Assembly (NCBI RefSeq): GCF_006345805.1
Contig: NW_021824954.1
Span: forward strand, 310,001-374,000
Length of the DNA: 64,000 nucleotides
Direction: 5' to 3'
Source of the DNA: Octopus sinensis
Lineage: Eukaryota
The position numbers and the translations under genes were made by a program. Below, one piece after another: positions 13,441-24,639 of the stretch (positions are counted from its first letter, which is position 1; every line of letters begins with the position of its first letter). A model generated the notes under the pieces. It had not been told where the DNA came from and did no database searches. It saw only the letters and a list, made by a program, of their open reading frames with translations.

Positions 13441-13739
13441 ACTTTGTCCCTCACCCAGAGTTTTGCTAAGCCTGTTCGCGTCTACACACGGAAACTGGGC
13501 AATTTTTGCCACTTGGTAAGGGATCTCAGTGCAGCAGTAAGCCATAGAGGTACAGGGAGACCACTTCGGTGTATATGCCCTGGCATACAGGTAAAACGAT
13601 AAAGACAAATGTTGGAGGTGTACTCTATGAGCGAAAACCAAAGAGGCAGTCGGAATGAAATTGTTTTACGACACACTGGAATTCCACTTAATGAGATACT
13701 GATTGGAATTAGCAGGCAGCTGATAATATTTAGTAATAT

Positions 13740-14480
13740 TTTACAGAGAATAGTCGCTATGTCACGTTACTGAGTGTATATGCAACGACTCCGCTATCTG
13801 ATTGTCAAAACAAAGACAGCATCTATGAAAACAAAGTAATCCCAATGGGAGATTTTAATTCAAGAGAGGGGAAGAATAAAAAAGCGGAAACGAATAATCG
13901 GAAACCATGATGGGAAAACTAACAGTAACAACGTCAGAAGTTTTTCTCTTTATATGGAACAGGAAATCACTTGACATCCCGGATGCATCCCAGATCCCAA
14001 AATATGGCATTTATTGATTATATTATTACCATTGAACAAATATCAAATACCTTTTGTTTACTCGTGTAATGAGAGTAGAGGAGTGAGTGTTTGCTAGTCC
14101 ATCGCATGATACTAACATAGTTTACAGCTAAATTGCACTCCTTATAACGAAACATCGAAGGACTCGACAATCCTGATACTTGTTAGAGCTTTCGTCACTC
14201 TAGCTCTCAGATCAAAACCTTTAGAAGCACTCCTCATCTCAGAAGCTGAAATGTAAGGTAAATAGGTTTTCTTAAGTTCGGATGTTGTTTACAGAATCAT
14301 TAGATTCAAGATGAAGCAAAATCAAAGAAAAAAAAAACAAAACCCCCCAAAAAACAAAACAAACCAAAACAAGACCATATAAAAATTAGTTCGATGGAGA
14401 ACTTCAATACAATCGGAAGAATTCTTAATGACAAGCATAAGACGTCAGAAAATCCATGGACAATCCCTTGTTACACTTAA
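13740..14480 (+). mobile_element. RTE-type LINE remnant (AP endonuclease fragment plus degraded 3' part)
   Basis: TLLSVYAT..KDSIY..IPMGDFNSR (GDFN motif) at 13743-13920, and weaker post-RT similarity near 14150-14470. Confidence 0.5.
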
Positions 14481-14760
14481 AGAAAAAATTAAAAAGTGGC
14501 AAATTTTCGGTTGGGTGCCAAAAAGGATTGTGGATTAAAACTCAGGAACCAAGGTGCATAGAGACAGTATGACATACACAATTTTTGTGATATGAAAAAT
14601 ATACTCTATGAACATGGGAGTCGTTGTTTGGCACGAGTCAAATTTTCAGAGGATACATGTTTTCAGCTATGTTGAGTCGTTCTGATAATTAAGTCTCTTA
14701 GTTCTCATCTCAGCATCCTTGTATAAATGGGCATCCACTTTCATATTTGTGTAGTCTGTC

Positions 14761-14805
<45 letters not shown>

Positions 14806-15455
14806 ATAATCAATAATAATAAAAGGGTAAAATTAATTAATCAATTCATAATTAATAATCTTACCAACTAGTTCAATATGTTAAAAGAACCATTATCGGT
14901 AAACCTATGGTAGTAGAATAGTATTTAACTGCTGTTTCTAAATTTCGGTATGTGGTGAAGCAATTTTGCTAAACCCTAATTATAATTATCTTTATTATAA
15001 TAATAATTTTTGGTATATATATATATCTTTTATATACCTAACAAGATTATATTTCGTTTTTGGATTTGGTTTGCAAGATTCTTTATGTGAGTTCATTGAA
15101 AAGGTTTCAAGGCGCAACGAAAATTTTAGTAAAATAAAAATAAGAAATAAGTGGAAATTTTACCGGTGAGTGTGTTACATTATAAGGCACAAAAAGAAAA
15201 TGACTCTCCCCTGACATAACAAGATTATGAAACAGTTAAAATCTAATGAAATAAACATCTACTCATTCACTTCTTATCTTGTGTCAAAAACTGAAATCAC
15301 TATTATTATCAACACACTCTCACACACATACACACACACACACACATTCTTTGTTTGTCCTGTACTGTCCATAATGTTTTCCTTAATGTAGACCCTTGTG
15401 ATTAATAAAAAAGAACATCATCATCATCATTATTATTATTATTATTATTATTATT

Positions 15456-16007
15456 GAGTGAGAGAGCAGTGCATGCCATCAAAGTGACACTGGGGTAAAA
15501 TATACGAAGCCCAATATACCCATCATGACTACCCGTCTGATAAGGGTACACCAGGCACATGCATCACAACCATATGTGCGCGACATGGTGATCTCATATC
15601 AAGATAAACAGCACATGACCTTGCAGGTGGGGCCCAGTTAGAATTTTCTTCAGGTTGAGTAGCCCATCCCGCTCAAAAGGTCCCTGAATAAGGGTTGTTT
15701 AAGGATGTTGAAAGAACCACCCATGTTTCCAGAGGTGAATTATTCAAACCCCAAAGAATCCCTCTCAACACATGGCTATGATGCTCCCCCACTACTTCTG
15801 CTCGTGATCAGAGATGCACATATCGTCAGCCACTAAGGGACATGCTCAACTGGTTAAGGTCAAACAACTGAAGCAAATCTGTGGTATTGAGCAGAATATT
15901 TGCTGTAGCCCATCTTTTATACCAAGACAAAACAATGTACATGATAACACTTCCAATCAGTTAAGATCAGAAGCCATGAGAGCCACTGCCTGGTACTGCA
16001 TCAGGGC

Positions 16008-16010
<3 letters not shown>
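15456..16010 (-). mobile_element. About 555-bp non-coding element flanked on both sides by (TAA)n; probable non-autonomous retroelement
   Basis: GC-richer, ORF-less block with sharp boundaries against ATT repeats at 15430-15455 and 16011-16087. Confidence 0.6.
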
Positions 16011-16089
<79 letters not shown>

Positions 16090-16099
16090 TTATTTTTTA

Positions 16100-16520
16100 A
16101 ATTCTTATTCTTTTACTTGTTTCAGTTCTTTGACTGTAGCCATGCTGGAGCACCGCCTCGAGAGTTTTAGTCGAAGAAATCGACCCAGGACTTACTTTTA
16201 AGCCAATTACTTATTCTATCATTCTCTTTTGCTGAATCGCTAAGTCACGAGTACGTAAACACACCAACACCAGTGGTTGTCAAGTGCTGCTGGGGGACAA
16301 ACACACACACACACACAAACGCGCGCGCGCGCACGCACACACACACACACACAGACACACACACACACACACATATACGAAAGCCTTCTTTTAGCTTCCG
16401 TCTACCAAATCCACTCACGAGGATTTGGTTGGCCCAAGGATATAGTAGAAGCCACTTGCCCAAGGTGCAACGCAGTGGGACTGATCCCGGAACCATATAC
16501 CACACAGCCATGCATGCGCC
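16100..16520 (-). mobile_element. SINE family A with internal (CA)n
   Basis: Tail GCCATGCTGGAGCACCGCC and head ACCACACAGCCATGC. Confidence 0.8.
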
Positions 16521-16531
16521 TAATATTATAA

Positions 16532-17087
16532 TTCAGTAGTTTTATTTTTATAGTGCTTTCACTTGGGTGCCTTGGGTGCTGTGGTTTGTTGTGTTGCTCT
16601 TATGCTTACTGTATTGAAAGTGTTTTGCGTAGGATGTGTGCAGTGCCCAGTAGTGCAATTTTCTGTATCTTATATATATTTGTAAGTCATGGTGTCTTTG
16701 TTATATATTTGTCTGAATATTTTTTTATCATACCTAATGCGCCTACTATGATAGGAATTGTTTCTGTTTTTAGATTCCACATTCTAGTTAACTCTATTTC
16801 CAGGTCTTTATATTTTGAAAGTTTCTCCATTTCTTCTTCTTCTTCTTCTTCTTCTTCTTCTTCTTCTTCTTCTTCTTCTTCTTCTTCTTCTTCTTCTTCT
16901 TCTTCTTCTTCTTCTTCTTTGTTAGGTAGTATGATTTCTTGTTTGTATTTGTCAGCTCCCTTAAATACGGAGAACAGTTTTTTGTTTTGCTCGTATTTTG
17001 TGGCTATTTGTTTTCCTTGTTTCTGAAGTAGGTACTTTTGCAGTCCTATGGTGGTTATTTTATAATAGTTTTCCCAGCTGTATAAAA
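16532..17087 (-). mobile_element. Internally deleted R4/Dong-like copy (same family as 18645-21600)
   Basis: ENYYKITTIGLQKYLLQK..(E)n..EMEKLSKYKDLEIELTRMW; 3' end ACTACTGAAT shared with the longer copies. Confidence 0.9.
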
Positions 17088-17229
17088 TAAACGCACCAGA
17101 TTGTTCATTTACAGAGTCAAGTGACAGAGGAAACTTTAAAGACAGAGAAAAAAGGAAAATATAAAAAATAGGAAAGTACGCAAATAAAAGAAAGGAGAAA
17201 AAGGAAATAAAATTCACACCGACAATATT

Positions 17230-18110
17230 CTCCTCGCACTTCCTGCATGGATGGTAAGCCAGAGATCATTCTTACATACTTTTCAGTTCCTTTCTTGATC
17301 ATTCCAAGTGCTCCTACAATCACTGGTATTGTAACCGTCTTATTTCTTTATTGCCCACAAGGGGCTAAACATAGAGGGGACAAACAAGGACAGACAAAGG
17401 GATTAAGTCGATTACATCGACCCCAGTACGTAACTGGTACTTAATTTATCGACCCCGAAAGGATGAAATGCAAAGTCGACCTCGGCGGAATTTGAACTCA
17501 GAACGTAACGGCAGGCGAAATACCTATTTCTTTACTACCCACTAGGGGTTAAATACAGAGAGGACAAACAAGGACAGACAAAGGGATTAAGTCGATTATA
17601 TCGACCCCAGTTTGTAACTGGTACTTATTTAATCGACCCCGAAAAGATGAAAGGCAAAGTTGACCTCGGCGGAATTTGAACTCAGAACGTAACCGCAGAC
17701 GAAATACCGCTAAGCATTTCGCCTGGTATGCTAACGTTTCTACCAGCTCGCCACCTTTCTCAAGACGGTATTGTAACCGTCTTGAGATACCACATCTTTT
17801 CGATTAGCAAATCTTTATATATCTGGTTTATTTACCTTGGTGGTCCAGTCTGTACATACTGGGAAGTCCAAAAGTAGAGTTACATATTCTCCATCAGTTA
17901 CAGCCTCAGGGTGGTGCTTGTACCATTTGCCAGCAGTTTTGATTTTATAATGCCGACTCATTATCCAATGTAGATATTAGCTAACTCTGTCATGTCTTGA
18001 TTTGTTCTCTACAGGTGCTAAAATCTTACATCCAGAGATTAGGTGGTCGACTTTTTCTATCCCATCGTTGCAGTATCGGCACTTTGGGTCTACACCATTT
18101 TTCATCACAT
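17230..18110 (-). mobile_element. Second R4/Dong-like family fragment, interrupted by a SINE dimer
   Basis: CRYCNDGIEKVDHLISGC (CCHC), RHDRV, KWYKHHPE, IVGALGMIKK. Confidence 0.75.
17342..17758 (-). mobile_element. SINE family B dimer with a 17-bp target-site duplication
   Basis: GGTATTGTAACCGTCTT at 17325-17341 and at 17767-17783. Full unit 17526-17758 and truncated unit 17342-17525. Confidence 0.85.
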
Positions 18111-18265
18111 TGACTTGATTGTTCCGGGTCAATCAGAGGCTGACTCTGCTTTTTATTATTTCGGGGTTGATAAAATAGGTACCAGTTATACACTGAGGTC
18201 AATCTAATCCACAGTCCCCCTCCCCCAATTTCAAACCTTTTACCTACAGTAGAAAGGATTATTTT

Positions 18266-18444
18266 GCAGAGAATAGTCGCCATGTCACGTTACTGAGTGT
18301 ATATGCAACGACTCTGCTATCTGATAGTCAAAACAAAGACAGCATCTATGAAAACAAAGTCATCCCAACGGGAGATTTTAATTCAAGAGTGGGGAAGAAT
18401 AAAAAAGCAGAAACGAATAGTCGGAAACCCTGATGGGAAAACTA
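18266..18444 (+). mobile_element. RTE-type endonuclease fragment, second copy of 13743-13920
   Basis: Near-identical sequence, including the GDFNSRVG motif. Confidence 0.6.
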
Positions 18445-18490
18445 TTATTATTATTGTTGTTGTTGTTGTCGTTGTCGTTGTCGCTGTTGC

Positions 18491-18555
<65 letters not shown>

Positions 18556-18564
18556 TTGTTGTTG

Positions 18565-18644
<80 letters not shown>
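18445..18644. repeat. Compound (GTT)n/(GCT)n/(ATT)n microsatellite
   Basis: Direct reading; explains the poly-L/V/I ORFs. Confidence 0.95.
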
Positions 18645-18647
<3 letters not shown>

Positions 18648-20090
18648 TAGTTTTATTTTTATAGCGTGCTTTCACTTCACTACCGAGCGCAGCTCTGTGT
18701 GCCTTGGGTATGTGCTGTCATTTGTTGTGATGCTCTGATGGTTATTGTATGGAAAGTGTTCTGCGTAGGATGTGTGCAGTGCCTAGTAGTGCAATTTTCT
18801 GTATGTTATGTGTGTTTGTAAGTCCTGGTGTTTTTGTTATGTATTTGTCTGAATATTTTTTTATCATGCCTAATGCACCTACTATGATAGGAATTGTTTC
18901 TGTTTTCAGATTCCACATTCTAGTTACCTCTATTTCCAGGTCTTTGTATTTTGAGAGTTTCTCCATTTCTTTTAGAGACACGTTGTCATCTGCCGGTATT
19001 GATACATCAATTAGAAAGCATTTTTTTTCTTCATGATCTCTGACAACTATATCTGGTCTGTTGGCCTTAATTTCTCTATCTGTGTGTATCGGCATATCCC
19101 AGAGTATGGTTGCTTTCTCGTTTTCTGTGACCTTTTCTGGTGTGTGCCTATACCATCTTTTTTCTGTTGTTATTCCATAATGTTGGCATAGCTTCCAATG
19201 TATGTAGGTTCCAACTCTGTCATGTCTGTGAATATATTCCTTCTTAGCCAGGACTGGGCAGCTAGAGATAATATGATTTATTGTTTCTTGTCCATCTCCA
19301 CATATTCTGCAGTTACTTGTAATATTTCTTTTCATTACATGTTTTTGGTAATTTCTGGTGGGGAGGCTCTGGTCTTGTGCTGCAATTAAAAATCCCTCTG
19401 TTTCTGCTTTGAGTCCTGAGCTTCTCAACCATTGCTGGGATTTTTCTTTGTCTATTTCTTTTGCGCTTAGTTTAGTGCAGTATTTACCATGAAGGGGCTT
19501 TTCTTGCCATCGTTTTATCATGGCTCGTTGCTGTTCTATTTTTAGTTTGGATTTCATTTGTTTTATAGCTTTTGTTGTTTTTTCATCTTCTTCTTCTTCT
19601 TCTTCTTCTTCTTTGTGTTTATTAGGTGGTATGATTTCTTGTTTGTATTTGTCAGCTTCCTTAAATACTGAGAACAGTTTTTTGTTTTGCTCGTGTTTTG
19701 CTGCTATCTGGATCAGTTTTCCTTCCTTCTGAAGTAGGTATTTTTGCAGTCCTATGGTGGTTATTTTATAGTAGTTTTCCAGCTGTATAAGGCCTCTACC
19801 ACCTTCTATACGTTGTATATATAGTCTTTCTATGTCAGATTTTGGGTGATGCATCCTAGATCCTGTCAGTATTTTTCTTGTTTTCCTATCTATTTTGGAC
19901 AGTTCATTTCATGTCCAGTTAAGGATATTGTAGCTGTAACTTATAACTGGGACAGCTAAAGTGTTGATACCTATTATCTTGTTTTTAGCATTGAGCTCTG
20001 TTTTTAGTATTGATCTAACTCGTCTATAATATTCTTTTTTTATTTTCTGTTTCATTTGTGTGTGTTGTGTCTTATCTAGTTCATTATTAT
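18645..20090 (-). mobile_element. 5'-truncated R4/Dong-like RLE retrotransposon, copy 1 (ORF 18742-19854)
   Basis: RLYIQRIEGGRGL; KPLHGKY; SSGLKAETEGFLIAAQDQSL; CRICGDGQETINHIISSC (CCHC); RPDIVVRD..LIDVSIP..KEMEKLSKYKDL (PD-(D/E)xK nuclease). Both ends abut (TAA)n. Confidence 0.95.
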
Positions 20091-20098
20091 TATTATCA

Positions 20099-20129
<31 letters not shown>

Positions 20130-20132
<3 letters not shown>

Positions 20133-21590
20133 TAGTTTTATTTTTATAGCGTGCTTTCACTTCACTACCGAGCGCAGCTCTGTGTGCCTTGGGTATGTGC
20201 TGTCATTTGTTGTGATGCTCTGATGGTTATTGTATGGAAAGTGTTCTGCGTAGGATGTGTGCAGTGCCTAGTAGTGCAATTTTCTGTATGTTATGTGTGT
20301 TTGTAAGTCCTGGTGTTTTTGTTATGTATTTGTCTGAATATTTTTTTATCATGCCTAATGCACCTACTATGATAGGAATTGTTTCTGTTTTCAGATTCCA
20401 CATTCTAGTTACCTCTATTTCCAGGTCTTTGTATTTTGAGAGTTTCTCCATTTCTTTTAGAGACACGTTGTCATCTGCCGGTATTGATACATCAATTAGA
20501 AAGCATTTTTTTTCTTCATGATCTCTGACAACTATATCTGGTCTGTTGGCCTTAATTTCTCTATCTGTGTGTATCGGCATATCCCAGAGTATGGTTGCTT
20601 TCTCGTTTTCTGTGACCTTTTCTGGTGTGTGCCTATACCATCTTTTTTCTGTTGTTATTCCATAATGTTGGCATAGCTTCCAATGTATGTAGGTTCCAAC
20701 TCTGTCATGTCTGTGAATATATTCCTTCTTAGCCAGGACTGGGCAGCTAGAGATAATATGATTTATTGTTTCTTGTCCATCTCCACATATTCTGCAGTTA
20801 CTTGTAATATTTCTTTTCATTACATGTTTTTGGTAATTTCTGGTGGGGAGGCTCTGGTCTTGTGCTGCAATTAAAAATCCCTCTGTTTCTGCTTTGAGTC
20901 CTGAGCTTCTCAACCATTGCTGGGATTTTTCTTTGTCTATTTCTTTTGCGCTTAGTTTAGTGCAGTATTTACCATGAAGGGGCTTTTCTTGCCATCGTTT
21001 TATCATGGCTCGTTGCTGTTCTATTTTTAGTTTGGATTTCATTTGTTTTATAGCTTTTGTTGTTTCTTCATCATCTTCTTCTTCTTCTTCTTCTTCTTCT
21101 TCTTCTTCTTTGTGTTTATTAGGTGGTATGATTTCTTGTTTGTATTTGTCAGCTTCCTTAAATACTGAGAACAGTTTTTTGTTTTGCTTGTGTTTTGCTG
21201 CTATCTGGATCAGTTTTCCTTCCTTCTGAAGTAGGTATTTTTGCAGTCCTATGGTGGTTATTTTATAGTAGTTTTCCAGCTGTATAAGGCCTCTACCACC
21301 TTCTATACGTTGTATATATAGTCTTTCTATGTCAGATTTTGGGTGATGCATCCTAGATCCTGTCAGTATTTTTCTTGTTTTCCTATCTATTTTGGACAGT
21401 TCATTTCATGTCCAGTTAAGGATATTGTAGCTGTAACTTATAACTGGGACAGCTAAAGTGTTGATACCTATTATCTTGTTTTTAGCATTGAGCTCTGTTT
21501 TTAGTATTGATCTAACTCGTCTATAATATTCTTTTTTTATTTTCTGTTTCATTTGTGTGTGTTGTGTCTTATCTAGTTCATTATTATTAT
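20130..21590 (-). mobile_element. 5'-truncated R4/Dong-like RLE retrotransposon, copy 2 (ORF 20227-21351), tandem duplicate
   Basis: Same protein as copy 1 apart from poly-E length and a few substitutions; same truncation point. Confidence 0.95.
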
Positions 21591-21651
21591 TATCATTTTA
21601 TTATTATTATTATTATTGTTGTTGTTGTTGTTGTTATTATTACTGAGGTAC

Positions 21652-21873
21652 GAGGTGACGATTCTACTGGTAGAATCGTTAGCCCACTGGGCAAAATCTT
21701 TAGCAGCATTTTGTCCGTCTTTATGTTTTTTGTTCAAATTTTATCAAAGTTGACTTGGCCTATCATCCATTCTAAGTCGATAAAATAAGTACCAGTTGAA
21801 CACTGGGGTAGATTTAATCGATTTAGCTCTTCCTTCAAAACTGCTCGTCTTGCACCAATATTTTGAATCAATA
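21652..21873 (+). mobile_element. Diverged SINE family B
   Basis: GGTAGAATCGTTAGC head; AAAATAAGTACCAGTTGAACACTGGGG body. Confidence 0.7.
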
Positions 21874-21887
21874 TCACATTATGGTAC

Positions 21888-22097
21888 TAAGGTGGTGAGT
21901 TGGCAGAATCGTTAGCGCGCCGGGCAAAATGCTTAGCGGCATTTCTTCCGTCATTACGTGTCGAATTCACGTCGTCTTTGTCTTTCATCCTTTCGGGCCG
22001 ATAAAATAAGTACTAGTTGAGCACTGAGGACGATATAATCGACTGACCCCTTGGCTGAACTTGCTGGTTTTGTGCCAAAATTTGAAACCAATATTAT
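21888..22097 (+). mobile_element. SINE family B
   Basis: AAGGTGGTGAGTTGGCAGAATCGTTAGCGCGCCGGGCAAAATGCTTAGCGG. Confidence 0.8.
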
Positions 22098-22724
22098 ACT
22101 GTGGTACGTTCGTCAGCCTCCGTGTTCGCGCTTGCGTGTGCGCGCGCTAATATATATACCTGTCTGCTATCACTTTTGTTCCCTACAACTGACACGTGAC
22201 CTGCGGTCATTCTTTTTTCTTTCTCTCTTTCTCCTTCCTTTACACGCCGGCCACTGAAGCAACCGGTCATATCTCTAGTCTTCACTTCAACCTGTTTCGC
22301 TGTCTCTTGACTTTCTGTTTCTAATCCTTTAGGATTTCCCTATTAGCGTTACCCATACATTCGGCTTCGTCTAGCCCTAAGGCCATATTCTGTTTATTTA
22401 TTTCGTTTTTGTCCCTCGTCCATCCACTAACAGTTTCGTCTTGAATTATATTTATTCATTTGCGTATGTCCACTTCTGTATTGTTTGCTTATCCATTTAT
22501 TGTTTGTCCATTACCGTTTTGTTATGTTTCGGTCCCATTTCCCTGCAGCTCTTGCCGGTCGCTACTAGAAGGAATCAATATTATCGTTAAAGGCGCGAAA
22601 TTGCGTTTCAGCCTCTAGCCGAGGAGTTGGGATTCTTCTGTGTCTGTTTTCTGTTTGTCTGTTCATTTACTATATGTTTTTCAACTTTCCATTCTGTGCC
22701 TGTTCGTTTATGCATTACTATACG

Positions 22725-22771
<47 letters not shown>

Positions 22772-22877
22772 ATATATTATATATATATATATATGAGGAT
22801 AATATCGATATTTAAGTATCAATATTATCAAGTGGCCAGCATGGAAAAAATACCGTACAAAGGTAATAATTTTTAAC

Positions 22878-23442
22878 AATTAAAAATGAGGGTGTCTGAG
22901 AGACACCAACATGCCGAAATAGCAGTCGAAATTCTGCCTATAAAAACCACGTTAAGTGTTCATATCGTACCATGAGATAAGGCAGAGGGACAAAATATAC
23001 AAGCAAAAGTTATTGAATAATTCAAGATCCAGCATTTCTGGTTTTGCTTTAAATAAGCTTTACCGTCATCAATTGAATATATCTATTCACTGCGGTGTTT
23101 ATTTTAACCATATCGTGCTTTTGGCGGGCAATTTAACTGGCCGTGTGCATACGTACATATGTATGTATGTATGGACGTTCGTATATGTAAGTATATCGTT
23201 TGTTCTGCATATATATATCTGTATTTATGTACCCTTGATATATTCAATTGATGACGGTAAAGCTTATTTAAAGCAAAACCAGAAATCCTGGATCTTGAAT
23301 TATTCAATAACTTTTGCTTGTATATTTTGTCCCTCTGCCTTATCTCATGGTACGATATGAACACTTAACGTGGTTTTTATAGTCAGAATTTCGACTGCTA
23401 TTTCGGCATGTTGGTGTCTCTCAGACACCCTCATTTTTAATT
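22878..23442. repeat. 206-bp near-perfect inverted repeat with a 153-bp spacer
   Basis: 22878-23083 versus 23237-23442; two mismatches seen by eye. Confidence 0.9.
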
Positions 23443-23465
23443 ATATATATATATTATATATATAT

Positions 23466-23550
<85 letters not shown>

Positions 23551-23593
23551 GTGTGTGTGTGTGTGTATGTGTGTGTGTGTGTGTATGTATCTG

Positions 23594-23652
<59 letters not shown>

Positions 23653-23680
23653 GTATGTATGTATGTATGTATATATGCAC
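23443..23680. repeat. Compound (TA)n/(GT)n/(CTAT)n/(GTAT)n microsatellite
   Basis: Direct reading. Confidence 0.95.
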
Positions 23681-24639
23681 ACACAAATTTTTACTCACCG
23701 ATATATACACATCTACATGCACACACGCATGCGCGGACACACATTTCAAACGCCCATACACGCACACACACATACGCACACAAACACACGTACACACATA
23801 TACATACACACACATACACACACTCGGCGCACATACTGACAGAGAATGAAAATATTCCAAATATTCAGTGGAAACTACATAAAATGCTAACAAAACAGGT
23901 CAGCATTGTTATATAAACATTGTTTTATGAGAGTCACCTGCCTAAAGGATGTGACCAACTCAGCGGAAGTAATTAACAGAACATTTTTTATTCTTAGAAA
24001 TATTTAATCAGACTTCAGAGCTTCTCTAAACCGATGAGGGATTCGGTTTTTTATTGTCTATTAGGGTCTTTGATTTTGTCTCGGTTAATGTTTATGTAAT
24101 AACCTTAATTAGTTCTTTGGGACTGTTATAACAAGAGAGATTTAATGCGAATCTTGTAAAGTAATTCTGAACGCAAATAACTTAAATAGGCAAAATTTGT
24201 TCTTCAGGTAAGAATCAATTGCATTTAGTTACGACTCATTATATTTTGCGTTCAAATGCTTCTGAAGTCAATTTTATCTGTTACTTTTCCTGGATCGGTA
24301 AAATAAAATACCATTCAAACATTGGATCAATTTAAAATTCTTCTGAATCTATTCTGATATAAAATAAATGGAACTATAATAGAAGATAGGGAGTTATCTA
24401 AATAATTGTTGTTGATATTGTTGTTGATGTTTAAGTTTCAATGAGCCACCCACGTTTCTTTAGTTGGAATCAACTCATTAATTAAACAAAAACCTACCTT
24501 AAGAAACATATATAGATGCATACAGATTTAAATATAAACATATACAGATATAGACTGCATATTACATACTGACATGCTATATATATATTCTTTTATTCTT
24601 TTACTTGTTTCAGTCATTTGACTGCGACCATGCAGCCAT

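Noticed and set aside
15930-16010. Possible HDV-like or twister ribozyme at the 5' end of the TAA-flanked element
   Set aside because: A 9-bp hairpin (CTTCTGATC/GATTGGAAG) exists, but I could not build P1/P2/P3 or place a catalytic C by eye; needs an Infernal search.
19908-19915. In-frame TGA shared by both Dong-like copies as possible selenocysteine or readthrough
   Set aside because: No SECIS-like evidence; a single point mutation before duplication is simpler.
16553-21229. Plus-strand ORFs such as MESVLRRMCAVPSS and the poly-Ser ORFs
   Set aside because: Antisense shadows of the minus-strand R4/Dong-like ORF and its GAA tract.
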